This document shows positions 8,498-16,377 of a stretch of 18,437 bases of DNA, one piece after another. This DNA comes from an uncultured Methanosarcinaceae archaeon (GTDB lineage: Archaea; Halobacteriota; Methanosarcinia; Methanosarcinales; Methanosarcinaceae), in NCBI GenBank assembly GCA_963727895.1, contig CAVSHT010000001.1:1-18437 (forward strand), read 5' to 3'. Made by a program: the position numbers and the translations under genes. The notes under the pieces are model-generated. The model did not search any database and was not told the DNA's origin. It saw only the letters and a list, made by a program, of their open reading frames with translations. Position 1 is the first letter of the stretch. Each line of letters begins with the position of its first letter.

Positions 8498-9439
8498 GTG
8501 TCCCTTACAGCAAGAATCGGTGAACTCAGTCCTTATCTGCGGCTGCTGAGACCCGAACTTTACTACATGGACCTTACCCTACCTGCCTCAAGTGCAATCC
8601 TTGCTTCCTATTTGGCAACAGGAAGGCTTCCTGAATTTCTTCCTTTCTTGATCGCGGTAATAGGTGGCTTTGCAGCCATTACAAGTTCATACGTTTTCAA
8701 CGATTGCTGTGATATAGATATAGATACAATCAACTTGCCTGGTCGCCCCCTTCCCTCTTCTAAATTATCAAAGAACTCTGCGCTTACTTATTGTGTATTT
8801 TTATTACTAATCGCGGGGACAGCTGCTGCTTACCTGAACCCTGAGTCTCTTGTAACTCTTATTATTGCGGCTGGAACCATCACCATTTACTCAATCTTTG
8901 CAAAGAGAAACACTTTTCTCAGCTTCTTGCCAGTAGGTATCTCTTACGGCTTAGTGCCTATTGGTATCTGGCTTGCTTTTGACCCTGCAGGAATCCTGAA
9001 AGGTAGTGATGGAGTTATTCTCCCTTTGCCAGCTATTTGCTTTGGGCTAATGATATGCGTTACGGACTGGGCTTTTACCCTTGGAGGAGTTTCCAGAGAT
9101 GTGGAAGGAGACAGAATGAAGGGTGCTCCAACAATGCCTGTAACGTTTGGAATCCCATTTACTGCCAAATTCGTTACATTCTGGTGGATTGTTGGAGTCT
9201 TAGCTTCATTAATTATAGGCTGGTCAGCTCGCCTTGGACCTGTATACTTTGCAGGAGCCATGGTGTCAGGACTCTGGATGCTTAATCAATGTCTTGATTT
9301 TATCAAACATCCTACCCCCGAAAGGGGTGGTAAGCTCTTTCTTAATGGTTCAAATTATAGAGCGATTATGTTTGGATCTATGATTCTTGATGTAATCCTG
9401 TGTATTTATGCAGGAGGCTATACTTCCATTTTCTGGTAA
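8498..9439 (+). CDS. UbiA-family prenyltransferase (membrane protein)
   Basis: First Asp-rich motif NDCCDIDID followed by NLPGRPLPS; second motif RDVEGDRMKG; many hydrophobic helices. GTG 8498 follows AGGTGA (8487-8492); the track starts at 8489. Confidence 0.92.
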   Translation: MSLTARIGELSPYLRLLRPELYYMDLTLPASSAILASYLATGRLPEFLPFLIAVIGGFAAITSSYVFNDCCDIDIDTINLPGRPLPSSKLSKNSALTYCVFLLLIAGTAAAYLNPESLVTLIIAAGTITIYSIFAKRNTFLSFLPVGISYGLVPIGIWLAFDPAGILKGSDGVILPLPAICFGLMICVTDWAFTLGGVSRDVEGDRMKGAPTMPVTFGIPFTAKFVTFWWIVGVLASLIIGWSARLGPVYFAGAMVSGLWMLNQCLDFIKHPTPERGGKLFLNGSNYRAIMFGSMILDVILCIYAGGYTSIFW

Positions 9440-9454
9440 AACAGGTAGAGAAAA

Positions 9455-10612
9455 ATGGATGCGGATATTATTGTAATAGGGGCATCTCCTGCAGGACTAA
9501 TGGCTGCAAGGAATGCCTGTGAAAAAGGTGCAGAAGTCCTTTTACTGGAAAAAAAAGAAGAGATCGGGAATCCTCCTCATCCTGCAAACTCCTTTTTTAA
9601 AGGAATGTTAGATAAATGCGGGGAAAAGGTGGACCCTTCTTATGTTGTGCATTACCTGAAAGGCATGAAGATTATTTCCCCTTCAGGAAGGACGGTTGAG
9701 GTTGAAACGCCTGGATATGCTATAGATAAGACCAAATTCGACAAGTTTTATGCGAATAAGGTAATGAAAACTGGTGTTGATCTTTGGAAAGGAGTAAATG
9801 TACAGAATATTCACAGGGAAGGAAGAAATTTTACTGTTAATACTTCTGCTGGGGTATTCACTTCAAAACTGGTAATTATTTCAGATGGCATAAATTCAAA
9901 AATGGCTTCCCTTCTGGGTCTGAAGACAATGAAGCATCCTGAAGATATTGCCTGGGGAATTGAACTGGACATCAAGAGTCCTGGACTTGGGAAACCTGAG
10001 ATGTTTGAGTATTATGTAGGAAATCATGCTCCAGGCTGGAAAACCACATATTCTCCAAGAGGGGGCGACAATGCTGCAATTGGAGCTTATGTGAGGCGAT
10101 GTGGAACCGATGCAACGCCTTACCTGAATGCCTGGGTTGAATATTTTAAAAAACTTAAAGGGCTTGAAGAGTTTGAGGTTGTAAGAAAACTTTCAGGTGG
10201 AGACCCTATAGTGACAATTCCAAATGAGTACGTAACAGACGGAATAATGGTCACTGGAGGGGCAGCAGGTCAGTCCGGAATAGGCTATGCAATGAGATCG
10301 GGACAAATCTGTGGAGATGTTGCTGCAGATGCCATAAGAAAAGGAGATGTCTCTAAATCTTCCCTGTTAGAGTATCGAAAGATCTGGGAAAAAGAATTTA
10401 TGGCTGAACACTACCTGGGGCGAATAGGGCTTGAAACTCTCCGAAAAATGACGGATAAGGAAATCGATGAGATGACCAGGGTTTTTGAAAATGAAGACCT
10501 TTCATTTATTCATGGAAGTTCAGTTCAGCAGGCTATGCAGGTTTTTGCGTTCATGCTAAAGAAAAAACCCTCTGCAATTTTAAAGTGCAGTGCACTTTTC
10601 AGGAACAAGTGA
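9455..10612 (+). CDS. Geranylgeranyl-reductase-like FAD-dependent oxidoreductase (atypical motifs)
   Basis: DIIVIGASPAGLMAA...LLEKKEEIG dinucleotide fold, GYAIDKTKFDK, IISDGINS, GYAMRSGQICG; overall GGR-family layout and size (385 aa). Confidence 0.85.
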   Translation: MDADIIVIGASPAGLMAARNACEKGAEVLLLEKKEEIGNPPHPANSFFKGMLDKCGEKVDPSYVVHYLKGMKIISPSGRTVEVETPGYAIDKTKFDKFYANKVMKTGVDLWKGVNVQNIHREGRNFTVNTSAGVFTSKLVIISDGINSKMASLLGLKTMKHPEDIAWGIELDIKSPGLGKPEMFEYYVGNHAPGWKTTYSPRGGDNAAIGAYVRRCGTDATPYLNAWVEYFKKLKGLEEFEVVRKLSGGDPIVTIPNEYVTDGIMVTGGAAGQSGIGYAMRSGQICGDVAADAIRKGDVSKSSLLEYRKIWEKEFMAEHYLGRIGLETLRKMTDKEIDEMTRVFENEDLSFIHGSSVQQAMQVFAFMLKKKPSAILKCSALFRNK

Positions 10613-10630
10613 AACTTAGGAACAAGTGAA
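10601..10630 (+). repeat. 13-bp direct repeat spanning the reductase stop codon
   Basis: AGGAACAAGTGAA at 10601-10613 and 10618-10630. Confidence 0.85.
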
Positions 10631-10672
10631 CTGAAATTTAAAAAAGAACACCGATAAGGACGCTATTATCAG

Positions 10673-11833
10673 ATGTCAGGCAAAGGACAAAAGATGCAAT
10701 ACGACTTCCATAAAAGCCCTTTTCTCAGAGTTTATGCTGAAATTATAGATGGACGTATGAAGATGAAATCCAGTGGGGCTGCTTCCATCCTTATGAGAAA
10801 AACTCTCGAGAAAAACCTTTCACTTTTTGAAGGCGAAAAACCTGCAAAAATCGAGGCTGATATACTCATCTGTTCTACCTGGATGCCACCAGTACCAAGC
10901 CAGGGTTTTAACCGCCTGGTAAAAAGTCAGCTTTTGTCCAGTATGGGAAAAATGATTCCTGACCAGGTGACTATATCTATTACTGAAGAATGTCCTAATA
11001 ACTGTATTCACTGTGCTTTGCCTGATACGAAAAATCGGAAAAAACTTTCTCCTGAAATCATAAAATCTACGATTGATCAGGTGCTTGAGATGGGCACGAC
11101 CTTTGTGATTTTTGATGGGGGGGAACCACTTACTTATTCAGGCTTAGAAGATCTTATTACATATGTGAATCCTGAAAAAGCCATTGCAGGTATGTTCACT
11201 TCAGGTGTAGGATTGTCTGAAGAACGAGCCAGAAGATTGAAAGAAGCGGGCCTTTATTCTCTTACTGTCAGCTTTGACAGCGCATACGAATATAAACATG
11301 ACTATGTAAGGGGCAGGAAAGGAGTGTTTAAAAGCGCGGTTGAAGCTGTCAAAAATGGAATTCAGGCAGGTCTGCTTGTAAATATCTATGTAGTTCTTTC
11401 CAGAGACAACGTAAACGAGCTCGAAGAATTATATGCGCTTGCATCGGAACTTGGGGTCCATGAACTCTCTTTTTATGAAATAGTTCCCACTGGCAGGTGG
11501 ATGGATCATGCTTCTGAAATCCTGACTCCAAAGGACCTGAAAAAATTTGATAATTTCGTATCAAGAGCCAGGGAGAAAAAAGGTCCCAGAGTATTTCCTA
11601 TCCCGCAAGTCATGAAAACCACAGGCTGCATGGCAGGCAGGAAGTGGCTTCATATTACTCCAGAAGGAAATATTCTTCCCTGCGCCTGTATCCCTATTTT
11701 CTATGGAAATGTCCATAGAGATAGGATAAAAGATGTCTGGAAAAAGATCAGAGAGGACCCTGCATATAATGCAAAGTGCTGCCTTATGAGGAACCCTGAG
11801 TTCAGGGAGAAATACCTTAAACTTTCAGAGTAA
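10673..11833 (+). CDS. Radical SAM protein with C-terminal SPASM/Twitch-like domain
   Basis: CPNNCIHC (CxxxCxxC), GGEP motif, HDYVRG; GCMAGRKWLHITPEGNILPCAC...GNV...CCLMR. Start may be ATG 10694. Confidence 0.92.
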   Translation: MSGKGQKMQYDFHKSPFLRVYAEIIDGRMKMKSSGAASILMRKTLEKNLSLFEGEKPAKIEADILICSTWMPPVPSQGFNRLVKSQLLSSMGKMIPDQVTISITEECPNNCIHCALPDTKNRKKLSPEIIKSTIDQVLEMGTTFVIFDGGEPLTYSGLEDLITYVNPEKAIAGMFTSGVGLSEERARRLKEAGLYSLTVSFDSAYEYKHDYVRGRKGVFKSAVEAVKNGIQAGLLVNIYVVLSRDNVNELEELYALASELGVHELSFYEIVPTGRWMDHASEILTPKDLKKFDNFVSRAREKKGPRVFPIPQVMKTTGCMAGRKWLHITPEGNILPCACIPIFYGNVHRDRIKDVWKKIREDPAYNAKCCLMRNPEFREKYLKLSE

Positions 11834-11953
11834 ACTGGGACCAATTATTAAATGAGTCTCTCTTGAAATTCAAATTATTTCTACATTATTTATATAAACA
11901 GAGTTGCGAATGAATTAGCAAAGCTTATATTATATTTCTTATTAGGCAAAGAT

Positions 11954-12562
11954 ATGCCTGAAAAATTTGATAGAAAGCAAGTTGAAATAAGTTTCAGAAA
12001 ATTTAAGGATTACTCGGACGATGTTGTTTCTGCCAACAATATTTTATTTCATACAAAATTTAATATATTTATTGATCATTGTGAAAATGATCCAGTAATG
12101 TCCTTTATTTGCAAGCAGCTAAAAAATATAGATATTAACTCTGATGAGTGGTTGAGAAAAGGTCAGAGTACAGGTGGATCAATGGTAGGAAGCTGCCAGT
12201 TTGATTTACCTGTAGATGAGAAAACAAGAGACGCTCTCTTATATCAATTGTGCCTAAAAGTAAACAAACACGAAATTGACTTATTTAAGTTTTGCCTTGT
12301 TTTATTTAGATCTAATAGTCTCAATAAGGCTGTATATGATTTCAACGAAGCTATTATAAAACCTATGGTTAGATCAATAGGCTATAAATTAGAAGAAATT
12401 ATGTATGATATTGAGACTGACCTCCGAAACGAGCGATATATTCCTATAACAGTATTTAATGTCTATCAGGATTTTAGTACGACTGTTAATGGTGATATTA
12501 ATACAAAAGGTGACGCAGCTATAGGTGAAGGTGCAAGTATTGAAAAGAAATCAATCATCTGA
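11954..12562 (+). CDS. Hypothetical protein (AT-rich accessory gene) with C-terminal Gly/Asp repeat
   Basis: 202-aa ORF; ~30% GC in the lines I counted; ends VNGDINTKGDAAIGEGASIEKKSII. Confidence 0.75.
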   Translation: MPEKFDRKQVEISFRKFKDYSDDVVSANNILFHTKFNIFIDHCENDPVMSFICKQLKNIDINSDEWLRKGQSTGGSMVGSCQFDLPVDEKTRDALLYQLCLKVNKHEIDLFKFCLVLFRSNSLNKAVYDFNEAIIKPMVRSIGYKLEEIMYDIETDLRNERYIPITVFNVYQDFSTTVNGDINTKGDAAIGEGASIEKKSII

Positions 12563-12743
12563 TTCTCCAGTTTCCATAAAAGGTGATGTGAGTATTGGAG
12601 GAGATGGTGCAATCGGTAGCAATGCAAAAATAGTAAAAACGATTAATGAAAACAAAAGACTTAGTTTATTTGAGATTTTAATTGGATTAGTAACTGTGAT
12701 TGCTGGTCTCATAGAAATTTACAAATATTACACTGGAAAATAG
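12540..12743 (+). CDS. Small membrane protein with N-terminal copy of the same repeat (or frameshifted 3' end of the upstream gene)
   Basis: TTG 12540 lies 6 nt after AGGTG; IKGDVSIGGDGAIGSNAKIVK is followed by a hydrophobic helix LFEILIGLVTVIAGLIEIY. The track starts at GTG 12525. Confidence 0.65.
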   Translation: MKRNQSSDSPVSIKGDVSIGGDGAIGSNAKIVKTINENKRLSLFEILIGLVTVIAGLIEIYKYYTGK

Positions 12744-12895
12744 AAACTTAAGAATTTAAGTAGATTTCACATTCATGTTAGCATTTTGAATTAGGTTTAT
12801 CTATTAATTCTCATTTTTTAACTCAATTCTATAATCTCATTGGGGTCTTGTCATTAAGGCTTTCATGTGGTCTAATTGATATACTTCCATATCTA

Positions 12896-13168
12896 AGAGC
12901 GTGTCTTAAAATTTAATTTGGTTCTTAATTAGGATAAGACTTGTACACTTGAAATGAAGAACAGCAGCATTAAACAGTTAAATGTCTAAAATGTAAATTC
13001 AAACCATGGTGCTTAATGTATTTTATTTGATACGTCGGGTTCGTAACTCATACGGGAAAACATAAGATCGATATGTAGCTGAGTTCCTTAAATATTTACG
13101 ATATGAGTTTAGAGCTAATATTGCTTAGTCCCCAACTGTATGAATTAGTTGAATTTTAATGCCCCTCT
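12896..13168. mobile_element. Probable degenerate MITE (IS5-like ends), non-coding, ~273 bp
   Basis: Left end AGAGCGTGTCTTAAAATTTAA; right end read on the - strand AGAGGGGCATTAAAATTCAA (imperfect terminal inverted repeats); no ORF >=60 aa inside. Confidence 0.45.
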
Positions 13169-13315
13169 TCAAATCTCTTGTTTTATAATTTCTTAAACTG
13201 AATAGGGCTAACTACCAAATATTTAATTGTTTGGAATATAGAACATTGGAATAGAGAACAGTCAATTGAATAAAGCAGAACCAGTAACAGGTACAAATAA
13301 AACAGAAAATGAGGA

Positions 13316-13336
13316 TGCAGGTTAAATATACCTGCA
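13316..13336 (-). terminator. Hairpin after the coiled-coil gene
   Basis: TGCAGGT-7nt-ACCTGCA followed on the - strand by T-rich CATTTTCTGTTTTATTT. Confidence 0.5.
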
Positions 13337-13381
13337 ACGTAAATTAAGGCTTTTCAGCCAGAATTGTTTTGTAATATGAAA

Positions 13382-14239
13382 TTAGACTAAGCCCGATCTC
13401 TGAAGAGTCATAAGGTCTTCGGTGGTGAGTTTTGCTCCGCCTTTGAACTTTTCGAAGATAGATTTTGCATCTTTCTGAAGCTCGGACTTGACAACACGGG
13501 ATTTTCCTTCTTTGTCTTTCTTCTTAAGCTTGAAGATTTCTTTGTCAAGATCCCGAATTTCCTTCTGAGCATTGATGAAAGCTTTGTGCTGCTCGTCAGC
13601 TGCTTCCTGAGCTTTTACAAATTCCCTGTGAGCTACGTCAGACTCTGCCCTGGTTTTGTCTGCCTCTTTAAAAGCAGCAATCATCTTCTCATGATATTCC
13701 TGAGCTTGCTTGGCGTACTCAGCTAGTTGAGCATGAAACTCTGACGCCTCATCTCGGATTTTCTGAGCTTCGTCCAGAAGATCCTTTAGTTCGGAGTTGC
13801 TCTCTAGCTGGACTTTTTTGACATGATACTGTTTTTGAAGCTGAGTGATCTTGCCAACGAGTTCTCTTTCCTTACTTGCGCTGAGGACTTCAGTCTGCTG
13901 AGCAAATTCAAGGCGATCAATGTCTTTCCTCAGAGCTTTGATTGATGGGCCTCCCAGGTTGCTCTGCTTTCGGATGGAATCGGCCTTTGCAAAAAGCTCA
14001 TTTGCCTTGGAATTTGTGTCATCGCGCTTGTTCTTGTATTCGCTTACTTTCTCGTTTATTTCGTCCCTGAGAACTTTTAATTCCTGGGCTTCGTTGATAA
14101 GGTCTTTTGTCTTCTTATTAAGGTCGTTACGCTTTGCAGCAAGAGTACTGGCCTCTGCATTTAACGTATTTCTTTTTTCCTTCGCTTCTTCAGAAATGTC
14201 TTTCAATTCTGATCTTTTTTTCTGTAGTTCTTTTAGCAT
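13382..14239 (-). CDS. Conserved archaeal coiled-coil protein (COG1340-like)
   Basis: Heptad-rich K/E/A/Q helical sequence; LEFAQQTEVLS...ERELV and terminal KFKGGAKLTTEDL motifs; GGGAGG RBS. Confidence 0.85.
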   Translation of the reverse strand: MLKELQKKRSELKDISEEAKEKRNTLNAEASTLAAKRNDLNKKTKDLINEAQELKVLRDEINEKVSEYKNKRDDTNSKANELFAKADSIRKQSNLGGPSIKALRKDIDRLEFAQQTEVLSASKERELVGKITQLQKQYHVKKVQLESNSELKDLLDEAQKIRDEASEFHAQLAEYAKQAQEYHEKMIAAFKEADKTRAESDVAHREFVKAQEAADEQHKAFINAQKEIRDLDKEIFKLKKKDKEGKSRVVKSELQKDAKSIFEKFKGGAKLTTEDLMTLQRSGLV

Positions 14240-14288
14240 CTCTTATTGTGCCTCCCGGTCCAGCAAAAAAGCTGGCATTTTAGTAGCT

Positions 14289-14993
14289 CTACTGTTCGAT
14301 GTCGACATGCTGTGCCTGATTACAACATTGATAAGAAAGAGATTCAATAACAGGAATTACGGCTCTAAGATCTTTTTTAGTTATAACTACGTCCGCATAT
14401 TCCCTCAAAATGGGTTTGGGATTGAAAGCTATAGCAAAACCTGCCTTCTCAAAAACACAGGCATCGTTTGCGCCGTCTCCGACAACTACACATTGCTCTG
14501 GGCTGACTCCATTTTGTCGGGTCAGTTCCTCGAATACCTTTGCTTTGGAGTAGCTCTGTATGATGGGACCGACAACTTTGCCTGTAAGGCAGCCGTCTTC
14601 CACAAGCAGTTCGTTAGAAACAACGAAATCGATACCAAGCACTTTACCTATTGTATCGGCGGAAATAGTAAATCCACCAGAGATCATTGCAGTTTTATAG
14701 CCTCTACTTTTTACATAGAGAATAAGTTCTGCTGCTCCCGGCATTAGATCAATCTTATTTACCGCATCAAGGGCAGTTTCTACAGGAAGTCCCTTAAGAA
14801 GTTTTACCCTTTCAACAAGTGCTTGCTCGAAGTCAAAGTCTCCATACATCGCTTTCTTCGTAATCTCCTCTACTTTGCTTACAACACCTGCGGCCCTGGC
14901 GAGCTCATCGATAGTTTCAGCGTCTATAAGGGTGCTATCCATATCAAAAACAATCATTTTGTTTTCATTAAAATTATTTATAGGACAATTCAC
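14289..14993 (-). CDS. serB: Phosphoserine phosphatase (HAD family)
   Basis: FDMDSTLIDAETIDELA (motif I), ISGGF (II), KAKV (III), VGDGAND (IV), IAFNPKPIL. Confidence 0.93.
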   Translation of the reverse strand: MNCPINNFNENKMIVFDMDSTLIDAETIDELARAAGVVSKVEEITKKAMYGDFDFEQALVERVKLLKGLPVETALDAVNKIDLMPGAAELILYVKSRGYKTAMISGGFTISADTIGKVLGIDFVVSNELLVEDGCLTGKVVGPIIQSYSKAKVFEELTRQNGVSPEQCVVVGDGANDACVFEKAGFAIAFNPKPILREYADVVITKKDLRAVIPVIESLSYQCCNQAQHVDIEQ

Positions 14994-15045
14994 TCAATCA
15001 AAACCTAGACCTGAATAACTATTAGATGTATCTAGATAACTTCTG

Positions 15046-15117
15046 AAAAAGGGCATGATGCTTGGTATACCTTCTTCAGGGGTACCCCCGCAACTTAGTA
15101 TAATGCATTTGCCCTGA
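15046..15117 (-). ncRNA. Candidate ~70-nt structured RNA / attenuator upstream of serB
   Basis: Four nested stems on the - strand followed by a U5 tract; candidate BRE/TATA GAAAACTTTATCC at 15148-15136 (-). Confidence 0.4.
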
Positions 15118-15161
15118 CATTAAAAGCCCACCAACGGATAAAGTTTTCAAATTATAATGCG

Positions 15162-15180
15162 GGTTCTATAAAATAGAACC
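15162..15180. promoter_or_regulatory. Perfect palindrome, candidate operator in the serB/mtd divergent region
   Basis: GGTTCTAT-AAA-ATAGAACC. Confidence 0.5.
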
Positions 15181-15328
15181 ACAAAACAACAGCATTGATG
15201 TCAACGTTTTTGAGTGAAATAAATCACATCCTTTTTAAGCTTTTCGGAGGGATAAGTAAATATCCCGATTAATAATTATAAATAATATTTATATTTATAA
15301 AATACGGTTGATATGGATAGGAATTTGC

Positions 15329-15343
15329 CAAAAGGATTATAAA
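15329..15343 (+). promoter_or_regulatory. BRE/TATA of mtd
   Basis: CAAAAGG-ATTATAAA, ~55 nt upstream of ATG 15398. Confidence 0.55.
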
Positions 15344-15397
15344 CTCTTTAGGAATTCCCTTATTGAAGAAATTGGTTAACACAGGATTTTGAGAAAA

Positions 15398-16228
15398 ATG
15401 GTCAACATAGGTTTTATAAAAATGGGAAACCTGGGAATGAGCCAGGTTATTAATCTGATCCAGGATGAAATTGCAGCGCGAGAGGGAATTACAGTACGCG
15501 TATTTGGTACAGGTGCTAAGATGAGCCCTGCAGAAGCCGCAAGTACTGAAAGTTTCAAAGAGTGGAAAGCAGATTTCGTAATAATGATCAGCCCTAACGC
15601 AGCAGCTCCAGGTCCTACCGCAGCTCGTGAAATCTGGAAAGATGTTCCATGCATCGTAGTTTCAGATGGCCCAACAAAGAAGGACGCCAGAGAGGCTCTT
15701 GAACAAGCAGGATTTGGATACATCATTCTCCCAGTAGACCCACTTATTGGAGCAAAAAGAGAGTTTCTTGATCCTGTAGAGATGGCATCCTTCAATTCCG
15801 ATGCAATGAAAGTGCTATCTGTTTGTGGTGTTGTTAGGCTCATTCAGGAAGTACTGGACACGGTAACCGAGCAGGTTGCTTCCGGCAAATCAGGAAAGGA
15901 ATTGGAGCTTCCACATATTTTTGCAAAACCAGAAAAATGCATTGAGTATGCAGGCTTTGCAAACCCCTATGCAAAAGCAAAGGCTCTTGGAGCTCTTCAC
16001 ATGGCTGAAAAAGTAGCACAGGTTAACTTCCCCGCATGTTTCATGCTAAAGGAAATCGACCAGGTTTGCCTGACAGCCGCAGCTGGACACGAGATAATGG
16101 GAGCTGCTGCACAGCTTGCATCACAGGCCAGAGAAATAGAAAAATCCAATGATACGGTATTCAGACAGCCTCATGCAAAGAACGGTACCCTGCTGAAAAA
16201 AGTAAAATTATACCAGAAACCAGAATAA
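15398..16228 (+). CDS. mtd: F420-dependent methylenetetrahydromethanopterin dehydrogenase
   Basis: IGFIKMGNLG, DEIAAREGI, GTGAKM, SPNAAAPGP, DPLIGAKREFLDPVEMASFN, FANPYAKAKA, AREIEKSND motifs; ATG 15398 (the track starts at TTG 15389). Confidence 0.96.
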   Translation: MVNIGFIKMGNLGMSQVINLIQDEIAAREGITVRVFGTGAKMSPAEAASTESFKEWKADFVIMISPNAAAPGPTAAREIWKDVPCIVVSDGPTKKDAREALEQAGFGYIILPVDPLIGAKREFLDPVEMASFNSDAMKVLSVCGVVRLIQEVLDTVTEQVASGKSGKELELPHIFAKPEKCIEYAGFANPYAKAKALGALHMAEKVAQVNFPACFMLKEIDQVCLTAAAGHEIMGAAAQLASQAREIEKSNDTVFRQPHAKNGTLLKKVKLYQKPE

Positions 16229-16265
16229 AAATTTTATAATATTTAATTTTGAAACCGAAAGCTCA

Positions 16266-16362
16266 ATTGGAGGAGCAAAAATATTCCTGGAAAATAATCA
16301 GGTATATCCTCCAATAACTACTTTTTTCAATTCATAATTTCAGAATGCAGGATCATTCTGAA
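16266..16362. terminator. Pair of hairpins between convergent mtd and DUF2111 genes
   Basis: ATTGGAGGA (16266-74)/TCCTCCAAT (16307-15) followed by T6; TTCAGAATG-CAGGAT-CATTCTGAA (16339-62). Confidence 0.55.
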
Positions 16363-16377
16363 GTAGTCTTGTCAATT

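Noticed and set aside
14280..14291. Pyrrolysine read-through at amber stops (serB TAG; also TAG at 2221 and 12743)
   Set aside because: The serB TAG is followed by TAA within three codons; the others lead into AT-rich sequence with no domain continuation.
13920..14747. 275-aa + strand ORF
   Set aside because: Antisense to serB and the coiled-coil gene; Phe/Ser-rich composition mirrors Lys/Glu codons on the other strand.
15376..15843. 155-aa - strand ORF, and the similar short ORFs overlapping PAC2, tgtA, UbiA, radical SAM, DUF2111, DUF166 and tmk
   Set aside because: All overlap well-supported genes in another frame or strand and show no recognisable motifs.
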